A stretch of 63,321 nt of DNA, filler included, from Reticulomyxa filosa (GCA_000512085.1; 15 parts of 15 records of this genome joined end to end with filler, not necessarily neighbours in it), one strand, 5' to 3'; shown: positions 38,701 to 52,104, numbered from the whole stretch's first letter. Numbers and translations: made by a program. Notes: a model not told the origin generated them from the sequence alone.

Positions 38701-39499
38701 CCCCCTCTCTCTTTTTTTTTTTTGTTCTGGCTGTTCACTCTTGTTCATATGAAATATTACACGTACATATATGAATATATGAATATATGAATATATGNNN
38801 NNNNNNNNNNNNNNNNNNNNNNNNNNNNNNNNNNNNNNNNNTTAATTAATTAANNNNNNNNNNNNNNNNNNNNNNNNNNNNNNNNNNNNNNNNNNNNGGA
38901 TTTTGTTTTTTCTTCAACTCTTTTTTTTATTTAAAAAAAAAGTGAAAAATCAGTTTATTAAAAATTTACTATCACATTTTATCACTCAATAAAAAAAAAG
39001 AAAAAAGTAATCTAAGAATTAATGTATGCTTATTTTTTGAGATCGAAAGATTTTCTTTCATAAAGTTGTACTATCAATGTTGATAAAATACAAGTTTTAT
39101 GAACTTTGAAAATATGTACGTTCTTCAAACTGTTGTATTCGTAAATGCTGGTTTTACAAAAAGGAGACACATTATTGATTTTTTTATTTTGTCAAACTTT
39201 GTCGTCTCTTTTAATTCTAGTTCTATTATTTTTTAAAACTTGTATTTTTTTTTTTTGGACGATGACACAGCACCAAAAAAGAAAAAGAAATTTGATTTAA
39301 ACGTGATGATGTTTTTGACAATCGACAAGCTTGCAATAGGTAAAAAAAATGTTTAAAAAAAATAGTGTAAAAAAGTTTAAGCCTTTTTTTGGCTTACTTT
39401 TTTCAAAACGTGTACAAAATTATAATCATGATGTCTACAACGCTGGACATTTAAGACCTTCACATACTTGTTATCATCATGTTGGACTTACATTATTTT

Positions 39500-40270
39500 T
39501 TGGACCAAAAAAAAGGGTGGAATAAAAAAAAATTGCACTTGGATTAGTAAAAACATATTATGTAACAAAAGTGATGATAAATGCACAATGTTTGCACACA
39601 ATCTTCCTAAATTATACATGGATAACATGTCCAGCACAAGCTCAAGTTTAGGTACAGTTTGATCACGAACGTACACTCACTAGATATTTTTTTGTGCTAT
39701 TGTATAACGTTCAAAGGTGATTGAAAATACAATTGATCAATTAAATGAAAACTGTAGAACCAGATCGAGCTCAAAATGGCATATGTTGGTGATTCTCCAT
39801 GTAGCAATATTCTGTGATCTTATTTATATAATAATCACTACTGATGTTATTCTCGGATTCATTCAGTTGTTGCTATTCATAGTTATTATTTATTATTATT
39901 TGTGGTTGCATTTTTGTCATGATGCTTTCATATGGCCATTCAATGATATACTTGCATATTCTCTCCTAATGTTACTGCTTTTCTTCGAAGCTCTATATGA
40001 GCTTCTTCTTCGTCATGATGAGTTCATGTTGATATTCTTCTTTCATGAGATTATTCTTTGAGCAGTGTTACTGCTGATTTCTTGTAACCATTCTTTGTGT
40101 TTTTTCACGCGATTTCCTGTTCTTCTTCATTTGATCTGCACTTCTTTACTGTTCACAATGTGTTCTTTCATGTATTTCTTGTGCTTTTCTTCATAAGCTC
40201 TTTCTGTATGATGAATAAGATCATTTTGCTGGAGTTATTTGTCCTATCAAATCATATGTTATTTGCTCTT
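39500..40270 (-). pseudogene. Decayed coiled-coil coding sequence
   Basis: E/K/Q-rich reading (HTERAYEEKHKKYMKE..LMKEEYQHELIMTKKKLI*SFEEK) broken by stops. Confidence 0.35.
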
Positions 40271-40528
40271 GAAATTAGAAAAATATGCAAAGCAAATAGT
40301 TAAATAATTTAGAAATGAACTACGTTACTCGATTGTGGAGTGGTAGTACATAATTATAAAATTGCTTTCAGAGCTACAAAAAAAGATACACAATTTCTGC
40401 ATGGCATAAGCCAAGCTGTTTTTTAAATTATCAGCAAAAGTTGAATTAAGTGTAATAATGAAAAATTAAAAATTTAGAAGTGAAAAAATGTATGATATCA
40501 CAAGTTTGAGAACACAAATTGCGGATAT

Positions 40529-41158
40529 TTAAAAATTAGAACAGCTGTTTATATGGTTTTGAAAACTTTTTTTGTAGACAAAACATTTTTTGCATTTTTC
40601 ACACGTAAAAGATGAAATAGGCGTATGTTCCGCTTGATGTTCAATCAATTGGTTTTGACAAAAAAAATTTTTTGAACAGTAATTACATGCCCACTGTATC
40701 TGCAACGGTGAAGTATCGGTGTTATCTTTCTCACATGCATCACATACATACGCTTGTGCAGTGTTTTGAATGTGCCAGCGGCCTCTTCTGGCACGTTTGG
40801 AAGATATTGTCATATGGCACTTTGAGCACTGATATATGTTTGTGTTTTCTTTGTGATTTTGGATATTATATTTCGTGTCCCAAACGGATGCAGTGGTTCC
40901 CATGATAATATCGTCTTCCATTGTTTCATTTTTGGAAGACTCGTATTCCTTGACAGAGTGGTTATTGGTCTCTTTTTCCTTTTGTTTGGGTAAACCAGGC
41001 CATGTCCTGCTAATCGGCCGTAGTACAATTTTGTCTAATGACTTGCAATTGGAATCGGAATTGGATGAGTCATCCAGTTCCAAAAACTCTTTATGTTTTT
41101 GATAGTTGCTAATATTGTTATTATTATTGTTATGATTATGATTATGATTATTATTGTG

Positions 41159-41193
<35 letters not shown>
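40529..41193 (-). CDS. C2H2 zinc-finger protein (3' part, after a poly-Asn tract)
   Basis: WACNYCSKNFFCQNQLIEHQAEH and FTCEKCKKCFVYKKSFQNHINSC, plus a CSKC..CDAC cluster. Confidence 0.8.
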
Positions 41194-41293
41194 NNNNNNN
41201 NNNNNNNNNNNNNNNNNNNNNNNNNNNNNNNNNNNNNTTAATTAATTAANNNNNNNNNNNNNNNNNNNNNNNNNNNNNNNNNNNNNNNNNNNN

Positions 41294-41333
<40 letters not shown>

Positions 41334-41420
41334 TCACCAAAAAAGAAAGAGAGAAGGTCTTGTGTGTTTTGCAACTGTGCTGAATAACAAAGCCGTATTA
41401 CCAATACACGCACACAAAAG

Positions 41421-43530
41421 GCGACGCACTGGTATGTATGTGGCCTCCGCCGGATGAGATAATAGACAACGAGGAAGAGCAGCGAAAGCCAGAGCGCATT
41501 GAGGAGACATTGCAGCGTGTGATCCAATGCGCGTTGGATATCCAAGAAAAGTATGGGCAAATGCAATTGAAAGGAGCTGGTGCAAAAGAGACTGACGGTA
41601 ATGATAGCAACGACAAGGATGAAATACAGCCACTGCGAGTCAAATTAGGAATTGGCGTAGGTAATTTACTATACATATACATATAAATATATATATGCAT
41701 ATGTGTATGTATATGTGTATGTATATGTATATGCATATATGATACGTATGACAATATGCGTGGACGTACAAATATCAAATTGGTAAAGGGGGATTTCTGA
41801 AACGATGACATACTACACACGATCATTGCAAAACATGAAAAGGGGGCACACCCTTAAAAAAAAAAAAAACACTAACAAAACAACAAAAATTGATCGACAC
41901 TAACCTAACCAAAGGCACCTGTGGTCTGCTGGTCGTTGGCGGTGTGAAGAACCGCTGTGAGTATCTAGTGACAGGGGAGGCATTTGCGCAGGCCTTTGGC
42001 TGCGAAGCTACCTGCTTGCCAAAGCAAATCGTAGTATCTGCGCGAGTGGCACAGCTGATGCAACACAAATTTAAAATGGAACCAATCGAAAAAACTGACA
42101 ATCGATTAGTTGTGAAGCGATTGGGACCAAAATTGCTAAGAATGCAAATATAATAAATAAAACAATGAATGATACGTTGGCAGAATTATTGAAAAGTTAC
42201 ATTCCAAGTGCGGTCGTACCGCATTTGTTGATGCCCTCGACACTGTGGGCGGGAGAGTTGCGTCAAGTGACAATCATGTTTTTGTCGCTGCCGTTCAACT
42301 CGAAGAAGCTGCAGGTGTTGGACAGCATGTTAGTAAAACACATCAATGCCACCATTCAAACCTTGCAAGACATGGTGTACTTATATCAGGGATCGTTGAA
42401 CAAGTTCCTGGTGGATGACAAGGGGTCCACCGTCATGGCCATCTTTGGCCTGCCTCCAGTCGCCCACGTCAACGATCCGGAACGAGCCGTCCTCACCGCC
42501 TTGGAGTTGCAAGTGCAGCTGAAAAAGCTATTTGCCGGCCAATACGAAGAAGAGGTCAAAAAATATGAAGAGGACTTGGCCGCATATGAAAAGCAATCTG
42601 TTGGAAATCCACCTGCCAAACCTACCAACAAGACGCAAGCTGCTATTGGTTAGTCAAAACCTATTTTATATATACATACATATACATACATAAACATATG
42701 TGTATATATTTATATGTAGCAAACAAAAGACAAAAATTTTTATTCGCTTGTTTGCTATTGGCATGTATAGGTATCACTTGCGGAACAGTATTCTTGGGAT
42801 TGGTTGGAAACGCTGGAAGTCGTCGAGAATATTCCGTGTTAGGCGACAAAGTGAACTTAGCTGCTCGTTTGATGGCAAAAGCCAAGGAAAAACCCGACAT
42901 TTACGAATGTTAGTATAGTTCAGTTTTGCTTTGGTTTGGTTTTTTTTTTTCCCCCATAATTTTTGTTCCTATAATTTTTGTTCAAACCACACATTGTTGT
43001 GCATGCATACCATACATGCACAATCATGCTATATATATATATATGTATATATATGTATATATACATATTAACACTTACTCAATGCGAATACAAAACAGAC
43101 GTGCTCTGTGATGAATCCGTGCGTGACAGCTGCCAAAGTAGCTCTTTCTTTTCGTTCGATGACAAAGGGGCTCCGAAACTCAAAGGCTTCGAAAAGCCCG
43201 TCCCCTGCTTCACTCCCAAGCTGAAGTCGTTTGAGGTGGAGTCGATGAACGGACTCTCGGAAGAGCTGCTGGAATCAGGCGACTCGCACTTGGTCAGTCT
43301 GCTCATTTCGGCAGTGGAGCAAATGCACAAACAAGGTGTCGGCAAAATTGCTTTGCGAAGGCGAAGCTGGCATGGGCAAGTCTTCTCTGCTCATCCGAGC
43401 CGCCAAGCAAACCGAAGCGAGAGCGTGGTTTTTGTGGGGAAAAGGCAACTTTTTATCACGAAACTCAAATCTTACTTAAGCGTCTGTCTTTTCCAGTCTG
43501 GAAGCAAATTCTCAAAGGATTTCAGCTTAA
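41421..43530 (+). CDS. Soluble adenylyl cyclase (ADCY10/SgcA-type): tandem class III cyclase domains + P-loop STAND domain (internal fragment)
   Basis: GDALVCMW, VKLGIGVG, AGELRQVTIMFLSL, LNKFLVDDKGSTVMAIFGLPP, RREYSVLGDKVNLAARLM, Walker A GEAGMGKS after shifts at ~42130 and ~43345. Confidence 0.88.
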
Positions 43531-43719
43531 ATTTTCAGTTTTATTAGCTTTTTTTTTTTTTNNNNNNNNNNNNNNNNNNNNNNNNNNNNNNNNNNNNNNN
43601 NNNNNTTAATTAATTAANNNNNNNNNNNNNNNNNNNNNNNNNNNNNNNNNNNNNNNNNNNNTTTTTTTTTTTTTTTTTGTTTCTTTTTTTTTTTTTTTTT
43701 TTTTTATCTGCTTTTGGAA

Positions 43720-43888
43720 TCAAACAGCATAAAAGATGGTCTCGATTTGTTACCGTACCATTCGAAGATTTGAAAGAGGTGTGTCGCTTGGGATTATCTG
43801 AAATAAACTTATCCTCTCCTTGCGCTTTTGTTACTTCATTATGTGAGCGCTTTAACTTCTTTTTTGATGGATTGGCATCTTGCGCCAT
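43720..43888 (-). CDS. First exon of an unidentified gene divergent from the cyclin
   Basis: MAQDANPSKKKLKRSH.. NLS-like start, followed by an intron-like sequence and the contig end. Confidence 0.4.
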
Positions 43889-44120
43889 TAGATGCTTATT
43901 ATTCAATTAGAGAAAATAAATTTCACACAAGGGCACTAACCCCTACTCTCTCTCTCTTCAGCTGGTAGAAAACATTTTTGAAAAAAAAAAAAAAAAAACA
44001 GTCAGTGGAGATTTAAAACAAACGACCATGTTCAAATTTTGCTTTATTTGACTCTACTTCGTCCTTGTCGCGAAATCTTACAAAAAAAAAAACTTTCTTT
44101 CATCCCTTTTTGCATTGTTA

Positions 44121-45419
44121 ATGTCTGCGTCAAAAATATCAACTTTCACAGGAGATCAATGGTCATTTCAAACTCCCTCTCGCGCACACAAAATTGAACC
44201 CAATGTGGAACTTGAAAAGCGTAATGAGGGCGTGGAATTTCTGCAGAACCTGTCGCACCAACTTCGGCTTCGGTACACGACGCTATACACCGCTGTTGTA
44301 TATTTTCATTTTTTCTATTTTCGACGCTCTTTGGTGGTTCACCCCGACGTATTCGATGTTGCAGCAAGCTGTTTGTATCTTGCCACAAAAGTGCAAGAGA
44401 ATCGACGACGACTACAAGACATTGTGGAAACATCCTATTTTCTTAAACGAACGACAATGAGCAAGGCCGATGGGCACGACAAAGGTGAAGAGATAAATCC
44501 AGAGAGCAATAAAATAGCAGTTCCACAGTCGGAGCAATACACCATGCATTGGACCCAAATTGTCAACAAAGAGACCATTTTATTGCAGACACTGGAATTT
44601 CGATTTGATCATCCAGTCCTCTTTGATTATCTGCCGCCTATTTTGAAGCACTGGCATGATGTCACTTACCGCAATGGTATGAACTTGCGATTTTGCGAGC
44701 AATTTAAAAAAAAAACAAAAAGATGAGAAAGAAGGGTGTATTTGTAAAATGTTTTATTGAGTATTGGTAGAATGAATTTCATTTTTTTTTTTGTTCTTCC
44801 AAAAATAATAACAATGAATAAAATGAATAAAAGTATATATTTATTTATTATTACATTAATGAAATGTAAGTCTGTATATGTGAATTGCAATGCAATAGTG
44901 CCAATTGAATGCTTGCGCACATATATGCGGGTGAGTTGGAATTTTGTGAACGACATAATGAAAACGCCATTAGTCGTGATGAAACCAATGGAACACCTTG
45001 CCATTTTAGCAGTGGAAATGTCTTTGAGGTTTGCATACCAGTGTTTAAGTGTATTTGTGGTAAACGCTGGCTGGAAAAACACAACCAAAAGCGAACTCAA
45101 AAGTCGAATGGACCAAATTAGGTCATTGTTAAACGCCTTTTTAGCGGGAAAAAATGAAGAAAAATACTTTATCAATCCGCCAAACAATGAATGGTATCAT
45201 GAGTTTGATAAGCACTTAACGTCGACTGAATTGAATGGGATGATACAACAATTTGTCATACCATTAATGCATGACCACGAATTGTGCATTGGAGAAAAAT
45301 CGTTGCTTCTCAAACAAAGACCAAGCGACTATTCTGATCTACTACAAAAATATTTTACTCATATCACACCTGAAACCAATCACTACTATAGTGTTCAAAA
45401 AAAATTAAATGATAAATAA
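44121..45419 (+). CDS. Transcriptional cyclin (cyclin K/T/L family), 2 exons
   Basis: Cyclin box RNEGVEFLQNL..LRL..TAVVYFHFFY..VAASCLYLATKVQE..ETILLQTLEFRFDHP; second fold SWNFVND. Confidence 0.85.
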
Positions 45420-45738
45420 TGTTCAATTTCTTTCATCTTACTCAATTTTCTTTCATTTCTGCATCAACACAGTTTTCAAATAGATGATTGAATTTCTTGC
45501 TTTAACATTGATTTTTTTTTTAAAATGAAATTGTCCTTTTTGGTTCTTAGGACATGTGAAAATCAAAAATATTGATCGAAAGATCACTAGCAACAAATCT
45601 GTTTTTTTAACTGAGCCAAAATATTTTGTAAGAAAAATAAAAGAAATTTTTTGAAATAACAAAAAAAAAAGCACCATCCAACTTCAAGCTAAACATGTAA
45701 GCATCTGTGTAGATAAAAGTTAGTAATGCTTGATTGAT

Positions 45739-46265
45739 TACCATTAAGGTAGTTAAAAACCTAATAATGGTCCTGGTCCCTTACCCTTTACAAAATTTCA
45801 TACATCACTTTTTTTTTTTTTTTACCAAAACTTTTTGTGTTTGTAATTTTGCATAACTCATTTTTGAACATCCAAAATGAAGAAAAAAAAAACAAAAGAT
45901 CGACTGGGCTTCTACCATATTTACCACAAATGCTGATTTTTGGTGAAATTCGTTTGGTCAAAGGTTGTTGAATATTTTGGTCGCAAACCAATTGTCTTTT
46001 TTACGTCACTTATCCAGTTGTTAAAACGTTGTGGAAATAAGATAATATTTTCATTATCTCATTTGGTTCAATTGCTTTTTTTTTATCAATGAAAAAAAAA
46101 ACAGACAAGACGCTCCATTTAAATATTAACTGAAGCGCTTGTGTTATGCGCTAGCTGCAGATATGAAACAGAATAAAGTTTCTGACACATTGTAATTTCA
46201 CTACCATTAAGGTAGTTAAAAACATAATTATGGTCTTGTTCAATTACCTTTTATAAATTTTCATT
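45739..46265 (+). repeat. Pair of ~63-bp imperfect direct repeats (45739-45803 and 46202-46265)
   Basis: taccattaaggtagttaaaaac identical for 22 nt, then similar to ...ttacc.ttta.aaa.tttcat. Confidence 0.8.
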
Positions 46266-46385
46266 ACTAGAAGTAGATAATTTTAATTAAATGTTTAAAA
46301 ATTATTTACAATTTTTATCTTTCAAATTTGTATTTTACACAAAAAAGGCATATTAAAAAGAAATAATAAACGTGTAAATGTCTAT

Positions 46386-46600
46386 TTATGCCACCACATG
46401 AAGAAGGTGATGTTGCTCCAAGCCAAAAAGCAAACGCAGTGATAAAATCATAAACCCCAAACACAACAATGTGTAGCATATATCTAAGAAACATCGGATT
46501 ACGAATGATTGCACAAAATCGGTTTTTTCTTTGTGTATCACTATCGCCCTTTGTATACAAAGAGATTTAAGCTCTGGCAGCGTCATATTACTAATTTTGC
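46386..46600 (-). CDS. Possible SAP-domain fragment or pseudogene
   Basis: SNMTLPELKSLCIQRAIVIHKEKTDFVQSF resembles the SAP pattern. Confidence 0.25.
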
Positions 46601-47280
46601 AACGGTTCCAACCTTTATTGTGTTTTCCCCCCTTTTTTTACCTTTTCTCATATACAAGATATTGATATACGTTTTCAATTGAGAGTACAGCCACTTGTAG
46701 TACTCCCAACTTTGGAGACAGTTTTTGTGATATTTTCATTAGAAAAAACCCAAATTACGACAAAGAATTAGCTTGAAGTTTTTACAAAAGGAGCACATGT
46801 TTATACAAAAAATTTTAGTTAAAACATAGCAAGAACCTCCCCCGCTAAATAATAAGCTTCACGACAATATTGTGACACGTAGTCTCAGCTGTTGCATACC
46901 ATTTGAGGGCACCGTACTGGAGCCCATTTTTTTCGCTCCCTTTCATCATTTTTTCTCTTTTTTTTTTGGAACATCAATAAATGATTTACATAATTATTTT
47001 GTTCATTTAGTGCAAATAGCATTAGTGCATTAATGTTGTTATGTTATTTGTTTGAATTAACGAATTAGTAATAGTCATTCAATCTTTATACTTCTTCTTA
47101 ATGAAGAAATGAAAGTATTAAATTGACATCAAATTGGCTAACAAACACATTTCAAAATCGACAAACACACATGTAAAAAAAGATGAGCGACAGTAACTGT
47201 TATTTATGAAAAGTAAATACGATAACAAGATAACTCATAAAGCAAAAAAAAAAAGAAGAACAGCATTTTGTAATTATTGC

Positions 47281-48584
47281 TTATTTTGTCACGTGTGAGA
47301 CACTATCATCACCGGCGAAATTCCCCAAAAAGCTCAAATCAGCAGGTAGTGAAGGATCTGGGATATCGTAATCAATACGATATCTCGTCATATTTGGTGT
47401 ATATGCAATCAGAGCAATGCTGCAAACCACTTGAATGATAGGAATAGCCCAATTCATAATTTGATAATTAATCCAACCATTTAATAAAATGAAAACAGCG
47501 CTGAAAAAATTGAAAAAGAAAGTGTAGACAATGACTGCCGTCGTTTCACGGAAAGGATAAAACAAGTCCACACATACTTCATATCCAAGACCATAAGTAC
47601 CGGCGTTGAGGAATGATCCGATCATCAGTGCAAATAACGCAATCAAAAATGAGACACTTGTGAGTTGTGCGTGATCCGAATGAGACGAAGTGAACAATAC
47701 AAATCTAAAAATAGTACACCACTCGCAAACACTGCACTAATCAACACCGCTTTAGTGAACTGTTTCATGCGATCCATTACAAATCCAAATAACAAGCAGC
47801 CAACAATGATCGAGCCAACAAGAGTCATTCCAATCAATGCTACCGTAAATTGGGAAAATCCCATGTTAGAAGAGCCTTTTTTTTTTTTCCCCCACCAATG
47901 GCAAACAAAAAAAAAAACGTGTTATCGTGTACGTTCCCTTTTTTTTTTTAACCCTCCCTTTTTTTTTGGGGCAAAAAACAAACGGTTCATTCTTTTTTTT
48001 TCCCTCTCTCCTCCAATAATAATAAGACAAGACAAAAAAAAAAAAAAAAATTGACCTAAGATAGTGTTCAAAATGGCACTGTAGGCAGAGACAACCCCTT
48101 GATACAACCCGAATAAAACGCAACAATACAAAAATGAGTATTGGCGCCTCACACATAGCACTTGTTTGAGTTCATACCACATGGACAGAGCAGCGGAAAA
48201 CGAGGACGCGATAGAAGAAGTGCGCACATGAGAACCGATAGACGACGACACGTATTTGGATTGTCGATATTCACTGTCGTGTTCGTATTCGTGTTCGATG
48301 TCGCGTTCAGTGGTCGAAGGTGCGATTGTGCTTGTCCGCTTTTGAAGCTGCGAGGCATCAGGGGTCTGCGATTGCATTTTTCGATACTGCTTTCCGAGAT
48401 GGTTGGACTTCGAAGGAGGAAGCGGTGGAAAGTCCGAAAAGCAAATGTTGTCCACCAGTATCACCACAAAGCTTGCTATTGCCACCACTGCTTCCAAGTA
48501 CAGCAATTGGATAAACGAATGTGTCGATTTCACCACAAACAATGTTCCATAACTTACCAGTGTGCCACAATATATTGCTATCAC
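47281..48584 (-). CDS. MFS transporter, FLVCR/SLC49-like (3' exons)
   Basis: FSDFPPLPPSKS after TM6, G..MDR in TM8 loop, YEVCVDLFYPFRE, multiple TM segments. Confidence 0.75.
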
Positions 48585-48698
48585 CCCTTTTTTTTTTTNN
48601 NNNNNNNNNNNNNNNNNNNNNNNNNNNNNNNNNNNNNNNNNNTTAATTAATTAANNNNNNNNNNNNNNNNNNNNNNNNNNNNNNNNNNNNNNNNNNNN

Positions 48699-50570
48699 AT
48701 TGCTATTGCTATTGCTATTGCAATTGCTATTGCTATTGCCGTTGCTATTGCCATTACCATTACCTTGGCTTGGCTTTTCTTCTTTTGTCCCTGTTGTCGT
48801 GGTCTTCTCTTTCTTTTCCTCTTCTTTGCTTGCTGTGTTTGTGCTTATTTTACATTGTTGCTTGTCTCCATTCACTTGACTCAAAAATCGGCTCACGTTT
48901 ATTGCGTGTTTCCGCATTATCAGTTCCTTCAATTCCGCTACTGATTTCGTCGAATATTTGCTGCTTGTGTTGCTGTTATTGTTTGCCAATGTCGGGTCAT
49001 CTCTTTTTTCATTCACTATTTCATTGGTCTTTGGCCCAGATTTTAGCGAGCTTTTTTTTTGTTTGTTTGTTTGTTTATTTCATTGTTTGATTGGTTGGCT
49101 TCGCCCGTTTCACACGTTGCAGGAAAAAAAAAATGTCACACACGATACATATTTTATCGCTCTCAAATTGCACGCCTACCTGTTAGTTTCCGTACTCGCA
49201 GGATTGCTCATTAATCTATAGAATACAGTTGCACTATAACCACTATCAATCTTGCCAGATGTGATGTCGAAGAAAATTGATGTCGTTTTTTTTTCATTTT
49301 GTAATCCTTTTTTTTTTTTTGAAATTGCTACGCTTTCCTTTTTCTCTGTTTTTTCTTTTTGTAAGCGTGTGAACAAGGACATTTCTATTTTCTAGATGTC
49401 AACAAATGGTCAATGAGACATGTCCATAAGAATGGTCCGTACATTATTGAAAAAACATGCAAGGGGGGGGAGGTGAGACTCAACGAAACATGTATCAAAA
49501 CATAGTTGAAGAGATGTTACAGTTTTGAGGTGTCATCCATCAAATAAAAAAACAAAGAAGCAAACAAATAAAAAAAGAGAACAGCAACAAAAAAGGTGTA
49601 ATGTATTGTCTTTAATAACAACACAAGCAGTACAGCCATGAGAGCAAGCAAGAAATAACAAATCATAGTGGAACCGAGAGAAAAGAAAAAAAAGAAATTT
49701 ACAAAAAGTGGGGGGAGAACCTCTCATTTTCAATTTTTCTTTTCACATATTTCTTTATTATTTACGTTTCCATGGGACACGATTTTATAACCAATAACAA
49801 CAGCCAAAAAAAAAAAAAAACTAACACACACAAAAAAAAAAAATTCTACAATACTTTGGAATCTTTTCTCAAATGACTCTCTCTTCGTTTTTCAGTGGTT
49901 TTAAGGTCAGCAGGGCCTGAGTTTTGCAACTCAACAGCGGGAGGGGCATCTTTGGGAGTAATTTGGGCATCGATTTGAGTATTGGTCGGCGAGTTGGCAA
50001 CCGGGATTTGTTGATTGGCGGCGGTGCCAACAAAGGAATGTCGCAGACTGACAACAAGCGAAGTGCCCATTCGAACGTGTCGAATTTTTTCCATGGAAGA
50101 TGGAGCATGCATTTGTTCTTGGATGGAATGTTTGGTCCATTGTTTTTGCGTATTGCCCGCGCTTTCTTCTGCAATTCTCCAAATGCCCTCTTTGGTAGCG
50201 AACAAAGGCTTGGGCACATTGAACACAGCGCAATGCAAGCATTCGAACCACTTCAAGCGTTGGTTCACATCGCTGCATCGCAAGATGATCACCCCTTCAT
50301 CTCCAATGTGCAACGTCAACGTCAGCAGTTCTTCATCGCTCAACTCCCTCGGGTTCGACTCGCTCAATCCGCCGTCTCGATCGACGTCACCATCGCCAAA
50401 GGCAACACGCCCAACGGCTTTATGGTCAGCTCTTTGCGGGTCCACCATTTCGTTACCATGTTCGGCTCGTCGAACCATACCAGCGCCTCGTCGAACAATC
50501 GAAACAATCGGCTTTGCCATTTCGCTTGTCCAAAGAGGTTCTTTTCGGGCATCAATTTTTCCAAGACACC
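48699..50570 (-). CDS. PH-domain protein (internal exons)
   Basis: GVLEKLMP..KWQSRLFRLFDEALVWF..KPLGVLPL..ILRCSDVNQRLKWFECL, joined by a 1-nt shift at ~50366; downstream exons low complexity. Confidence 0.7.
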
Positions 50571-50849
50571 TTTTTTTTTTTTTTTTTNNNNNNNNNNNNN
50601 NNNNNNNNNNNNNNNNNNNNNNNNNNNNNNNTTAATTAATTAANNNNNNNNNNNNNNNNNNNNNNNNNNNNNNNNNNNNNNNNNNNNTTTTTTTTTTTTT
50701 TTTTTTTTAAAAAAAAAAGCGAGGAAATCCATTAGCAGAATGCCTGTTCATAAGTGAGTGCTCTTTCCTGAAACAATTGGCTTGCAAGGAGTAATCGAGT
50801 TTGGTCTCTTTGCGTTTATGCACACAAACACATAGCAAGTCTTGCGTTT

Positions 50850-52104
50850 CTCAGCTAGTATACGTACACACTTTCTTCCCCATGTTTGCGAGAGAAGGAC
50901 ATCCAAAGCAAAATCAAACAAAAAAAAAACGTGCAAAAAAAAAAAAAAAAAACTAGACAATGAATAACACAAGAATGGTGGACTGCTTCGTCGATGCAAA
51001 ATACTTCTTCATTTTGACGGAATTGGGAACAACTGATTTGTTCAGTTACGTAATCCTTCATTTTTGAGAGGTAACAACAAAAAAAATTGTTTTTTTGGTT
51101 GATTCTTTCATTTATTAGTTTCCCTTTGGTAAAAAAAAAAAAAAAGCACGCTTACAAAGACATATATCTATAAATGTATGTTTATTATATATACATATAT
51201 TTGTTTGTTATAAATGTATAGAACGGTTGAAAAGCGAAAAGCTAATACCTGTGAAGGACGCGCGAGTGGTGATTCATCGATTGCTAAAAGCGCTTCGATG
51301 GTTGCATAAACAGAATGTGGTTCACCGAGACATCAAACCAGAAAATATTGTGTTCACGGAACGGGAAACTCTGGGTCAACCCAAGATCATTGACTTTGGT
51401 ATTCTGTCCAATCTTTTTTTTTTGTTTTGGTTTCAAGAGAGAGAAAGCAAGATATACACGGACAACAAAATTTTATTTTGTTTTTTTTTTTTTTACGTAT
51501 CCTACAAGCAAAAAAAAAAAAAAAAATAATAAGGTGACGCAATAAGAGTGAAAGACGACCAATTGTATAACGAACTGGTAGGCACTCGTTGTTATCTATC
51601 ACCAGAGCGTTGGAGACAGCACTACGGCTATGAACTAAAAGCATCGGATATGTGGGCTGTTGGAGTTATTTTTATTTTTATTACTGAAAAAATAGATTTT
51701 TAAAAAAAAAAAAACGCATACTCAAAACGAACTCCAATTCAATCAAACCAAACACTATTTCTGCATTCCTTTAACAAAAAAAAAAAGGTATTGACATATG
51801 AAATGACAACTGGAAAACGCTGCTTTTATGCGTCGAGTGATGAAAAGTTGGTCCAAAAAATTCAATGTGGAAAGTGGCAGTTTCCGGTGAATTCCAATAT
51901 CCCTTACTATGTGCCGACTTTATAAAGCGGATGTTGACGATCAATCCGAGATTCCGTCCCAGCGCCGAGCACGCTCTGAATCACCCCTTTTTCAAGTGCT
52001 TGTCGGCCGGTACTCAATTCACGAGCCAACACAAAGAGGCTCTTCGCGTGTGGTGTGACCAACTGGCGTTTCCTGGCGCTACGTATTCCATTGTTTGGTC
52101 GTAA
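50850..52104 (+). CDS. Ser/Thr protein kinase, CAMK-like (5' truncated, multi-exon)
   Basis: FILTELG..DLF, VHRDIKPENIVF, KIIDFG, VGTRCYLSPE, DMWAVG|VLTYEM, RPSAEHALNHPF; shift at ~51903. Confidence 0.9.

Noticed and set aside
46870-46945. GC-richer intergenic patch (also 27370-27480) considered as tRNA/snRNA
   Set aside because: No cloverleaf, A/B boxes or snRNA signature recognisable by eye; no RNA genes were called in the window
49924-50643. Long plus-strand ORFs (239 and 206 aa) and similar antisense ORFs over PAH, DUF4804 and 30349-31242
   Set aside because: Shadow frames of real genes or of microsatellite-coded tracts; no motifs
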